A stretch of DNA of 64,000 nucleotides from Candidatus Omnitrophota bacterium (GTDB taxonomy: Bacteria > Omnitrophota > Gorgyraeia > DTHP01): assembly GCA_023819145.1 (NCBI GenBank), contig JAMWCW010000002.1:11231-75230 (forward strand), read 5' to 3'. This document shows, piece by piece, positions 10,996 through 19,708 of the stretch (the first letter of the stretch is position 1; every line of letters starts with the position of its first letter). Position numbers and translations under genes: made by a program. The notes under the pieces are model-generated. The model was not told where the DNA came from. It did not search any database and saw nothing but the letters and a program-made list of their open reading frames with translations.

Positions 10996-11024
10996 ATTTT
11001 AAACTAAGTTCCCTTAAAATGCAA
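10996..11024 (-). promoter_or_regulatory. Sigma70-type promoter for groES-groEL
   Basis: TTGCAT-N17-TAAAAT just upstream of CIRCE. Confidence 0.75.
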
Positions 11025-11121
11025 GTCTGTTTTTATTGCTTTTACGCCGATTTAAAGACATTTTTGGTGATTTTAAATATTTAGTCAACATTAATCGCAT
11101 TATAACAAAATTTATCTTATT

Positions 11122-11856
11122 TTATCTTTTGTTATCTCCTATCAGTCTCAAACCTTCTAAGGTAAGGGTTTCCCTGAAAGGACCTAAGTCAGAGAGATAG
11201 GGATAGAATTTAAAAGCATCTCCACCAGTAAAAACCACTTTCTCTATTCCTTCCTTTTCCTTAAGAAGTTGGGTTAACTGCCGGGTCATGGCTAAAAAGC
11301 CATTAAAGATACCACTTAAGATGCTTTCTTTTGTAGAAACCCCAATAAGTCCTTTGGGGATTTCAAAGTTCATTTTCTTGGGAAGAAGGGCTGCCTTCGT
11401 ACATAAAGCTTCTAAAGAAGTTTTTAAACCTGGGAAAATCATCCCTCCTAAATACTCCCCCTTTTTTGAGACTACATCGAAAGTAACCGCGGTTCCAAAA
11501 TCTACTACCACTAAATTCCCTCCATAAAAAAAATAACCTGCATAGGCATTAACCAATCTATCTTGACCAACCTCTTTTGGTTTTTTGTAAAGATTTTTTA
11601 TGGGAACCAAGATGTTTTCTCCTAAAATAAATGGCTTTTTAGAAAAGAATTTCTGCAGGTCTTTTTTTATCCTTTTCAACCCCCCGGGGACAACACTGCA
11701 GATAACAATATCCTTAATTTCTTTCCAAGGAAATTTTTTTAAATATTTTAAATAATCTTTACTTTCTGTAAGAATTCTCCCTTTCCTAATGAGGTTTTCC
11801 TGCCTGAATACTCCGTAGGAGATATTGGTATTGCCAATGTCAATTGTCAATAACAT
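11122..11856 (-). CDS. coaX: Type III pantothenate kinase
   Basis: MLLTIDIGNT, GQDRL, VVDFGTAVTFD, GGMIFPG; start moved to ATG 11856. Confidence 0.95.
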   Translation of the reverse strand: MLLTIDIGNTNISYGVFRQENLIRKGRILTESKDYLKYLKKFPWKEIKDIVICSVVPGGLKRIKKDLQKFFSKKPFILGENILVPIKNLYKKPKEVGQDRLVNAYAGYFFYGGNLVVVDFGTAVTFDVVSKKGEYLGGMIFPGLKTSLEALCTKAALLPKKMNFEIPKGLIGVSTKESILSGIFNGFLAMTRQLTQLLKEKEGIEKVVFTGGDAFKFYPYLSDLGPFRETLTLEGLRLIGDNKR

Positions 11857-11881
11857 AGCCGTTTCAGAAAAAGCGCAGCAG

Positions 11882-12232
11882 TTATAATTTTCTTTTAAAT
11901 TCATCCATTTCTAAATTCAAAAGACTAACCTTCTGTGCCAGTTCCTTATTCATTTCGGTTAAGCGAGTAACTACTACTGAAAAATGTAGTAATATTGCTA
12001 AAGAAAATAAAAAACCCAAGAGAAAGATCAAGGAAGGCGGATAGTGTACTCCTATCCATTCTGCCATCTTTTCCAACAAGCTTCTCCAGAAAGAAAGAAC
12101 AATTAAGACGATTGCTGTAATTAGCCAAATAACACTATATTGTATTCCCAACTTACGAATTTTAATTAGATGAAGTATGGAGACAAAGAGAAAAAAACTC
12201 GTTAAAATAGAAAAAATTTGTACCTTATTCAT
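11882..12232 (-). CDS. DUF2304-like membrane protein
   Basis: Three TM segments, IGVHYPPSLIF, C-terminal coil RLTEMNKELAQKVSLL; typical partner of DPM-synthase-like GT2. Confidence 0.85.
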   Translation of the reverse strand: MNKVQIFSILTSFFLFVSILHLIKIRKLGIQYSVIWLITAIVLIVLSFWRSLLEKMAEWIGVHYPPSLIFLLGFLFSLAILLHFSVVVTRLTEMNKELAQKVSLLNLEMDEFKRKL

Positions 12233-12241
12233 TTTACCTCC

Positions 12242-13696
12242 TTAAGAAGTAATGCACAAAAATCTTGAACTAAATCCTGAAAGGTTTAATATTTCTCTTT
12301 TAAAATCTTTTAAACTCTTAATATTTCTAATTTTTTCGCCAATAAACTTTACTCTAAGATAGAATTTCCGATAGGCATAAGAAAGTGCTTTATAAATCTC
12401 TTCTCCAGAAAGCTCGGGATATTCAAATACCGGCTCTTGCATGGGGTCATATTTTACCCAATCTCTAGTTTTTAAATAATTATTTTTTTCTAAAAAATCA
12501 TAAAGAGAAGTTCCAGGATGAGGAGTAGCAATTCCCAGTGCCATGTAATCGGGATTTAATCTCAAAACAAAATCAACGGTTTTCTTTATAGTTTCTTTTT
12601 TTTCTCCAGGCAAACCTAACATAAAATGGGTCATTACTTTGATTTTTTCTTTTTTAATTATGTTTACTGCCTCAACTACTTGCTCTAAGGTTATATTTTT
12701 TTTGATAGTTTTTAAAATCTCTTCGTCTCCGGTTTCTACGCCAATATCAATTGAACGACAGCCTGCGGATTTCATTAATTTTACTATTTCAGGATTTATT
12801 CTATCAACACGCGCCTCAGAAGACCAAGTAAGGCTAATTTTATTTTTTATCATTTCTTCAAATAATTTTTTTGCCCAATTTAGGTCATTGGTTAACCCTA
12901 AATCAAAAAAGCGCACTTCTTTTATTCCTAAATCTTGGAGCCACTTTAGTTCTTCAATAATTTTCTCAACGCTTCTTAATCTCAAAGGTTGATAAAATTT
13001 TGAACAGCAATAGATGCAGGAGTTAATACATCCTCTGCTTCCATAGGTAATAGTCATCGGAAAACGTTCGGTCAATGGGTCGTGATATATTTTAAAAGGA
13101 ATTTTATGATGGGAAGGAAAGCCTAAAAAATCTAAATTTTGTAATTTCCCTTTAGAGGGATTTTTATATATCTTGCCATCTTCGCGGAAACAAATCCCCG
13201 AAGTATTCCTGAAAGAAAAATCATTCTTAATTAGCTCTAAAATAATTATCTCTGGCTCATCAATGACTGCGACATTCAATTCAGGGAGAATCTCCAACGT
13301 CTCCTCAGGTAAAGCAACTACATGGGTCCCAATAGCTAGGGTTATAGTTGAAGGAGAAATTTGTTTAACAACCATTGCAGTATTTAAATCGTGAAGAATG
13401 GTGGTTGTAGAAGTAGTGAAAACTGCTAAACGAGGTTTAGTGAGCTTAATCATCTCTTCTACATCTTTCCAGGAGCCTTTAGTTCCATTAGCATCATAAA
13501 TAAAGCTTTTAATTTTTTCTTTAGTAAGTAAGCCATCAATAATCATTAAATCCAATGGTGGCCAAGCCATAGAGGTTTTATAGGTACCGATGCTTCCTAA
13601 AATTCTGATTACTCCTTTTTTATGTGGGGCTGGAGGTTCAATTAATAAAACATCACAAGACCCAATTTTTTGAATACGATAAAATTTATGCAACAT
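12242..13696 (-). CDS. Cobalamin-binding radical SAM protein
   Basis: N-terminal B12-binding-type domain (WPPLDL, GTHV); SRGCINSCIYC; GVETG; FMLGLPGE. Confidence 0.9.
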   Translation of the reverse strand: MLHKFYRIQKIGSCDVLLIEPPAPHKKGVIRILGSIGTYKTSMAWPPLDLMIIDGLLTKEKIKSFIYDANGTKGSWKDVEEMIKLTKPRLAVFTTSTTTILHDLNTAMVVKQISPSTITLAIGTHVVALPEETLEILPELNVAVIDEPEIIILELIKNDFSFRNTSGICFREDGKIYKNPSKGKLQNLDFLGFPSHHKIPFKIYHDPLTERFPMTITYGSRGCINSCIYCCSKFYQPLRLRSVEKIIEELKWLQDLGIKEVRFFDLGLTNDLNWAKKLFEEMIKNKISLTWSSEARVDRINPEIVKLMKSAGCRSIDIGVETGDEEILKTIKKNITLEQVVEAVNIIKKEKIKVMTHFMLGLPGEKKETIKKTVDFVLRLNPDYMALGIATPHPGTSLYDFLEKNNYLKTRDWVKYDPMQEPVFEYPELSGEEIYKALSYAYRKFYLRVKFIGEKIRNIKSLKDFKREILNLSGFSSRFLCITS

Positions 13697-13702
13697 TTTT
13701 TT

Positions 13703-13730
13703 AACTCTAAATACGGAAATCTAAATTCAG
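13703..13730. repeat. Degenerate 7-bp array between radical SAM genes
   Basis: aactcta aatacgg aaatcta aattcag. Confidence 0.5.
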
Positions 13731-13734
13731 AAAA

Positions 13735-15144
13735 TTAACTACATATCATCTTAAAGAATTGCCTCAAGTTATATACGAAATCCTTTGGCCGATTCAGGAA
13801 ACGTCTAAAAGCAAAACCTAATAATTGTGGACGGAGATAATAACTCCTGTATGCGTATTTTACTGCTTTTTTTAATTCTTGGCTACTTAAATTTGGATAG
13901 TCAAAAATTCTTTTTAAGGGCATATAATCCTGCCAATTCTCAGTGTATAAAAATGTGTTTCTTTTAAGAAAATCGAAAAATTCTGTTCCCGGGTAAGGAA
14001 TTGCCATACTGAATTGAACAGTTGTTGGTTTTAATTCTTTTGCTAAACGGATAGTTTTTTTAATGGTTTCTCTATTTTCTCCTGGTAAGCCAAAGACAAA
14101 TGTCGCATGGATATGAAAACCTAAAGAACGCATTAAGGAAAAGGCTTTTTTTACTTTTTCGAATGAATAAGGCTTTTTTGCTTTCTTAAGTATTTCTTCA
14201 TCGCCACTCTCTACCCCTACTTTTAAAAGAAAACAACCTGCTTTACGCATTAGTCTTAATGTTTCTTCATCATAAAAATCTGCTCTTGCATAACAGGCCC
14301 AGTCCAATTTTATCCCCTTTTCCATAATCCCTTCACAAATTGCTCTCACATGATTTCTATCCACAGTCAATGTATCATCGTTAAACAAGATGCTTTTGAA
14401 ATTGAAATTATTTTTAATATAGCTCAATTCCCCTACTACTTCTTGAGGATTTCTCTTTCTATATCGCCTTCCTGTAAGCACCTGAGGCCAGTTACAAAAA
14501 ATACACTGATAATGACAACCTCTGCCTGCTAAAATAAAAGTAAAGGGATTTTTCAAGATTGGATCAAAATATTTATACTTATTCAAAATATCCCTTGCAG
14601 GATAAGGAAGAATGTCTAAATCCTCCAAAGGTTCTCTTGGAGGATTTATTTTGATTTTTCCTTGGAGAGTTCTCAATCCTATTCCCTTCGTCTCTGGATC
14701 ATCAGTTTTTAGATACTCATATAAAGAAATTTCGTATTCACCCCTAACTACTGCATCGATCCAGGGATATTTTAAAGCTTCTTCAGGTAAGGCAGAAACA
14801 TGAGTCCCAACAAAGATTATCTTTTTACCTCCTATTTCTTTAATTCTTTTAGCTACTTCTAAATCATTGAGCAAAGAAGGGGTAGAAGTCTCTATGACAA
14901 CTGTATCAAAATTCTCTTCTTTAATTATTCTAATAACTTCTTCTAACTCAATTCTTCCTGCAATTGCATCTATTAAATCTACATCAGATTTTTTTTCTCT
15001 TAAATAAGCACAAGCATAAGCAAGAAATAAGGGAGGATGTATGGTGTAAGTGGCATAACTAAAGGTAGGAAATCTTATTGGCCGATTAAATACCTTTTGA
15101 GAATCTAAAACTGGAGGGTTTAGAAAACAAATTTTTCTCAGCAT
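13735..15144 (-). CDS. Cobalamin-binding radical SAM protein (HpnJ-like architecture)
   Basis: FLNPP, PPLFLAY, VRGEYE, GRGCHYQCIFCNWPQ, GVESG, FVFGLPGE. Confidence 0.9.
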   Translation of the reverse strand: MLRKICFLNPPVLDSQKVFNRPIRFPTFSYATYTIHPPLFLAYACAYLREKKSDVDLIDAIAGRIELEEVIRIIKEENFDTVVIETSTPSLLNDLEVAKRIKEIGGKKIIFVGTHVSALPEEALKYPWIDAVVRGEYEISLYEYLKTDDPETKGIGLRTLQGKIKINPPREPLEDLDILPYPARDILNKYKYFDPILKNPFTFILAGRGCHYQCIFCNWPQVLTGRRYRKRNPQEVVGELSYIKNNFNFKSILFNDDTLTVDRNHVRAICEGIMEKGIKLDWACYARADFYDEETLRLMRKAGCFLLKVGVESGDEEILKKAKKPYSFEKVKKAFSLMRSLGFHIHATFVFGLPGENRETIKKTIRLAKELKPTTVQFSMAIPYPGTEFFDFLKRNTFLYTENWQDYMPLKRIFDYPNLSSQELKKAVKYAYRSYYLRPQLLGFAFRRFLNRPKDFVYNLRQFFKMICS

Positions 15145-15160
15145 AAAAATAAAATTATTG

Positions 15161-15874
15161 CTATTTTTTATTTAATCTCATCAACCAAAATAAATCAATA
15201 GTTAGAACTACAAAAATTTTAAATATATAAAATAATGACCTTCCAAAGGTGAAACTTGACTTCCCTTTAGTTCGTGGCCGCATCCTTACAGGAATTTCTT
15301 TTATCTTTAGATTATATTTAGTTAAAATTAAAAACTCTTCTATTTCTGGATAATCGTAGGGATATTTTTGGGTAAAGAGATTAATGACTCCTTTATTCAT
15401 TGCCCGGAATCCTGAGGTTGGGTCTTTAATAGTTTTTCTCAAATAGAAATAAAGGATACGGGAAATGATTTTAGAAGCAAATTTTCTTAAAAAAGATAAT
15501 TTATATCCGCTATTTTCTAAATATCTGGAACCTAAAGCTAAGTCACACTCTCCTGTTTTCAATGGCTGAAGGAGTTTGGGAATTTCCTCGGCTACATGTT
15601 GGCCATCGGCATCAAAATGAACTACATAGTCATAACCGTGTTGTTTAGCAAAGATATAGCCTGCCTGCAAAGCCACACCGAGGCCTAAATGAAAAGGTAA
15701 AGAAATGAGAAAATCAACCTTATCTTTAACTAAATATGTAGTTTTATCAATTGAACCATCGTCAACTAATAAAATTTCTCCTTCTGGAAAATAATTCCTT
15801 ATCTCTTCCATAACTTCTATAATACTTTCTTCCTCGTTGTAAGCAGGGACAATTACCAAGATTTTCTCTTTCAT
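15161..15874 (-). CDS. Glycosyltransferase family 2 (DPM-synthase-like)
   Basis: IVPAYNEE, VDDGS, DADGQH, DPTSGFRA; ATG 15874 overlaps upstream TGA. Confidence 0.92.
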   Translation of the reverse strand: MKEKILVIVPAYNEEESIIEVMEEIRNYFPEGEILLVDDGSIDKTTYLVKDKVDFLISLPFHLGLGVALQAGYIFAKQHGYDYVVHFDADGQHVAEEIPKLLQPLKTGECDLALGSRYLENSGYKLSFLRKFASKIISRILYFYLRKTIKDPTSGFRAMNKGVINLFTQKYPYDYPEIEEFLILTKYNLKIKEIPVRMRPRTKGKSSFTFGRSLFYIFKIFVVLTIDLFWLMRLNKK

Positions 15875-16791
15875 CTTATAAAACAAAAGAATTTAAAAAC
15901 CCCAAAAAGTAACCCTGCTCCCCTCCAGAAATCTCTTAAAAAAAATATATATAAGAGAAGGAGGTATTTTGTTTTTTTAATGTACCAGAAAATTCTTAAA
16001 GTACGAAACAACTCTATAAATGAGAGGGGAAGAATAGCAAAACTTAAAGCAAGAACAGGAGAAAAATAATCTAAAAAATTGCTATAGTCATCCCCTTTTA
16101 TCATCCCTATATGGTCACGATACAATTTTACTCTCCAAAAGCCATGCCAGAATTGATGTCTGAGATAGGGGAAAATTCTCTCCGGATAATGATGATAAAC
16201 TAAAGCATTCGGTTCAAAAATTAATCCATATCCCTTTTTCAGTAAACGGTAAGATAAATCATTATCTTCTCCGCTGGCAGTAAGATAAGATTCATCAAAT
16301 CCATCTAACTCAATGAGGATCTCTTTACGAATAGCTAAATTGTAGGAACCAAGGGCTTTGACCTTCCGAGGCATCTCCCGGTGACGCCATAAAATTTCTG
16401 TATGGATAAGGCTAGCTAAAATACTTTCTTGATTTTTTATCCCATAAGAACCCCCCACAGCCCCAATTTTTCCCCGGTTAAAATTTTTTAACAAAGATAT
16501 AATCCATTTTTCATCAGGGACACAATCGCTATCGGTAAATAAAATAATTTCACCCTTGGCTTCCTTACATCCTCTATTTCTGGCTTTCGCTGGACCAGAA
16601 CGTGGTTGTTGAAAATAACGCACAGGGAATTTTTTCACTAACTCTTTTGTATTATCTTGAGAACCATCGTCAACAAAAATAATCTCATATAAATCTTGAG
16701 GATAATCTTGATTTAGACAAGCCAAAAGAGTTTCTGCTATGGTTTTAGCACAGTTATGTCCGGGGATCACAATACTTACTTTGGGCAACAT
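15871..16791 (-). CDS. Glycosyltransferase family 2
   Basis: VSIVIP, VDDGSQD, GPAKARN, FTDSDC, GEDNDL; C-terminal TM segments. Confidence 0.92.
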   Translation of the reverse strand: MLPKVSIVIPGHNCAKTIAETLLACLNQDYPQDLYEIIFVDDGSQDNTKELVKKFPVRYFQQPRSGPAKARNRGCKEAKGEIILFTDSDCVPDEKWIISLLKNFNRGKIGAVGGSYGIKNQESILASLIHTEILWRHREMPRKVKALGSYNLAIRKEILIELDGFDESYLTASGEDNDLSYRLLKKGYGLIFEPNALVYHHYPERIFPYLRHQFWHGFWRVKLYRDHIGMIKGDDYSNFLDYFSPVLALSFAILPLSFIELFRTLRIFWYIKKTKYLLLLYIFFLRDFWRGAGLLFGVFKFFCFIR

Positions 16792-16795
16792 CTTT

Positions 16796-16832
16796 CTCAC
16801 TACCCTCTACTCACTTACTCGCTACTTATTAC
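16796..16832. repeat. 7-bp (CTCACTA-type) array spanning uvrB stop and spacer
   Basis: ctcacta ccctcta ctcactta ctcgcta cttatta. Confidence 0.7.
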
Positions 16833-18801
16833 TTTTAGCCATCGCCTTCAATTCTTTTATCTGGTCTCTGATTATTGCCGCACGTTCAAACTGAAGGTTT
16901 CTTGCCGCCAAATTCATCTCCTCTTGTAACTGCGCAATGACCTCTCCAATATCTGTTCTCTCTTCAGAAACCCCGGTCAATTTCTTCACAAACTCTTTTG
17001 TCTCTTCAATAATTTCAATATAGTCTTTTACTTCCTTTTCAATAGAACGCGGAGTAATATTGTGTCTACGATTATATTCTAACTGAGCTTCCCTTCTTCT
17101 CTTTGTTTCTTCAATTGCCCGCTGCATAGAACCCGTAATATTATCCGCATACATAATTACCTTGCCGTTGACATTTCTTGCAGCGCGACCGGCTACCTGA
17201 ATTAAAGAAACCTGACTGCGCAGAAATCCCTCTTTATCTGCATCAAGGATTGCTACCAGAGAGACTTCCGGTAAATCAAGCCCCTCGCGTAGGAGATTTA
17301 TTCCCACCAGACAATCAAATTCTCCTTTTCTTAAATCCCGTAAAATCTTTACCCTTTCCAGAGGCTCAATCTCTGAATGGAGATATTTTACACTCAAGCC
17401 CATTTCTTGAAGATAACCTGCTAAGTCCTCAGCCATTCTTTTGGTTAAGGTGGTAACCAGAACGCGTTCTCTTTTTTCTGCTCGTTTTTGTATTTCTTCC
17501 ATTAAATCGTCTATCTGACCCTCTGTAGGTTTAACTATAATCTCCGGGTCTACAAGCCCCGTAGGACGAATTAACTGTTCCACAACTATTCCTTTACTTT
17601 TTTCAATTTCATACTCATCGGGGGTAGCGGAGACAAAAATAATCTGTTTTACCAGAGCCTCAAATTCCTCAAATTTCAAAGGGCGGTTATCCAAACAAGA
17701 CGGAAGTCTAAAGCCGTATTCCACAAGAGTCTCTTTACGCGAACGGTCTCCTTCATACATTCCTCTCAACTGGGGTATAGTAACATGTGACTCATCAATA
17801 ACCACTAAAAAATCTTCAGGAAAATAATCTATTAAACAATAGGGCCTGCTTCCTGGCGGACGTCCGGAAATATGCCGAGCGTAATTTTCTATACCGTGAC
17901 AATACCCCACTTCTCTAAACATCTCAATATCATATTTTGTTCGAGATTCTAAGCGAGTTGCTTCGAGCAATTTATTTTCTTTTCTTAATTCATAGAGACG
18001 TTCTTTCAATTCTGCTTCGATTGAGGTAATCGCCCTTTCAATTCTATCTTGAGAAGTGACAAAATGCTTTGCCGGATAAATACCAATTTTATCCAGTTTA
18101 GTAATTGTATCACCAGTTAGATAATTTAGTTGTTTTATTTCTTCAATTTCATCACCATCTAACTTTATTTTTAAAAGAGTATCTTCGTAAGCAGGAAATA
18201 TCTCAAGAGTATCACCGCGTACGCGGAATTTACCACGGCTTAAATTAACGTCGTTTCTTTCATAAAGCATCCAAACCAAATGGCGAATTATGTCTTCTCT
18301 AAGAACTCTCTTCCCTTTTTCCAGAAAAAGAAGTAAATCCCGATATTCCTCGGGAGAACCAAGGTTATAAATACAAGAAACAGATGCTACAATAATCACG
18401 TCTCTACGTGACATGAGTACACTAGTACTGGCTAATCTCAGTTTATCCAACTCTTCATTTATGGAAGCATCCTTTTCTATATATGTGTCTGTTTGAGGAA
18501 TGTACGCCTCAGGTTGGTAATAATCGTAATAACTGACGAAATACTCCACCGCATTATAAGGAAAAAACTCCTTAAATTCTCGATATAATTGTGCGGCCAA
18601 AGTTTTATTATGGGAAATTACTAAAGTTGGTTTATTAAGTTTAGCGATTACATTAGCAATGGTAAAAGTTTTTCCACTTCCTGTAACTCCCAAGAGAGTT
18701 TGGAATTTTTCTCCATTTAGAAAATTATGGATTAATTTATTTATTGCCTGAGGTTGGTCTCCACATGGCCTATAACTACTTACTAACTTAAATTTTTCCA
18801 T
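16822..18801 (-). CDS. uvrB: Excinuclease ABC subunit B
   Basis: [27 protein letters not shown]-terminal UVR domain. Confidence 0.99.
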   Translation of the reverse strand: MEKFKLVSSYRPCGDQPQAINKLIHNFLNGEKFQTLLGVTGSGKTFTIANVIAKLNKPTLVISHNKTLAAQLYREFKEFFPYNAVEYFVSYYDYYQPEAYIPQTDTYIEKDASINEELDKLRLASTSVLMSRRDVIIVASVSCIYNLGSPEEYRDLLLFLEKGKRVLREDIIRHLVWMLYERNDVNLSRGKFRVRGDTLEIFPAYEDTLLKIKLDGDEIEEIKQLNYLTGDTITKLDKIGIYPAKHFVTSQDRIERAITSIEAELKERLYELRKENKLLEATRLESRTKYDIEMFREVGYCHGIENYARHISGRPPGSRPYCLIDYFPEDFLVVIDESHVTIPQLRGMYEGDRSRKETLVEYGFRLPSCLDNRPLKFEEFEALVKQIIFVSATPDEYEIEKSKGIVVEQLIRPTGLVDPEIIVKPTEGQIDDLMEEIQKRAEKRERVLVTTLTKRMAEDLAGYLQEMGLSVKYLHSEIEPLERVKILRDLRKGEFDCLVGINLLREGLDLPEVSLVAILDADKEGFLRSQVSLIQVAGRAARNVNGKVIMYADNITGSMQRAIEETKRRREAQLEYNRRHNITPRSIEKEVKDYIEIIEETKEFVKKLTGVSEERTDIGEVIAQLQEEMNLAARNLQFERAAIIRDQIKELKAMAKSNK

Positions 18802-18826
18802 ATAAGTTCTTTATTGACGCAATGAA

Positions 18827-19708
18827 TTAGAAAAGTTCAAGAGAAAAATCTATTGATGGGGAGGAGTGAGTCAGCTGGCCAATAGATATTCTTTCTATCC
18901 CTGTAGAAGCAAAAGTACGCACATTTTTAAGATTTATACCCCCAGATACTTCTAATTGTGTAGTTTTAGAAATTCTGTTTCTGATGCTTACTGCCTTTTT
19001 TATTTCTTTGATGCTCATGTTATCCAACATAATTATATCGGGCTTTGCCTGCAAAACCATCTTAAACTCCTTAATATTTCCTACCTCTATTTCTATATCC
19101 ACATCTTTAGGAATTTTCTTTCTTATCCTCTTAATCAGATTTTTTATATTTGATTCTTGATATCTAATATTCTTTAGATGGTTATCCTTAATCAACACAC
19201 CATCACTTAAATCCATGCGATGATTACTCCCCCCACCTACTCTTACAGCATATTTTTCTAGAATTCTTATCCCCGGCGTAGTCTTACGCGTATCTAATAT
19301 TTTTACTTTGTAAGGATGAACTATTTCTACAAATTTTCTTGTCATTGTAGCAATTCCAGAGAGACGCATCAAAAAGTTTAGAGCAGTGCGCTCTCCATAA
19401 AGAATCTTCTTAATACTCCCTACTATCAGGGCTACTTTTTCACCTTTTTTCACCACTCTTCCGTCATGAGTAAGCTTTTTAAATTTAGTATTTTTGTCCA
19501 ACAGAAAAAATGCTCTTTTGACAACATCCAAACCCGCAATTATTCCTCTTTCTTTAGCAATAATTACCGCTTTTACTATTTTATCTTCAGGAAATAGAAG
19601 TTTAGTAGTAATATCTTTGCTTACCTTATCTTCAGATAAGGCCTGTTTAATTATTTTGTCTATAAGCTCAATATTTATTCCTGAAGTTCTACTAAATACT
19701 TTTCCCAT
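18827..19708 (-). CDS. nadC: Quinolinate phosphoribosyltransferase
   Basis: ERTALNF, DTRKTTPG, NHRMDL, IKDNH, IMLDN, SGGI. Confidence 0.96.
   Translation of the reverse strand: MGKVFSRTSGINIELIDKIIKQALSEDKVSKDITTKLLFPEDKIVKAVIIAKERGIIAGLDVVKRAFFLLDKNTKFKKLTHDGRVVKKGEKVALIVGSIKKILYGERTALNFLMRLSGIATMTRKFVEIVHPYKVKILDTRKTTPGIRILEKYAVRVGGGSNHRMDLSDGVLIKDNHLKNIRYQESNIKNLIKRIRKKIPKDVDIEIEVGNIKEFKMVLQAKPDIIMLDNMSIKEIKKAVSIRNRISKTTQLEVSGGINLKNVRTFASTGIERISIGQLTHSSPSIDFSLELF
19141..19168. repeat. 7-bp array in frame within nadC
   Basis: tttttat atttgat tcttgat atctaat; encodes IRYQESNIK right after KDNHLK. Confidence 0.6.

Noticed and set aside
11857-11904. N-terminal extension of CoaX in the ORF track
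   Set aside because: It overlaps the upstream gene; the family start MLLTIDIGN is at 11856.
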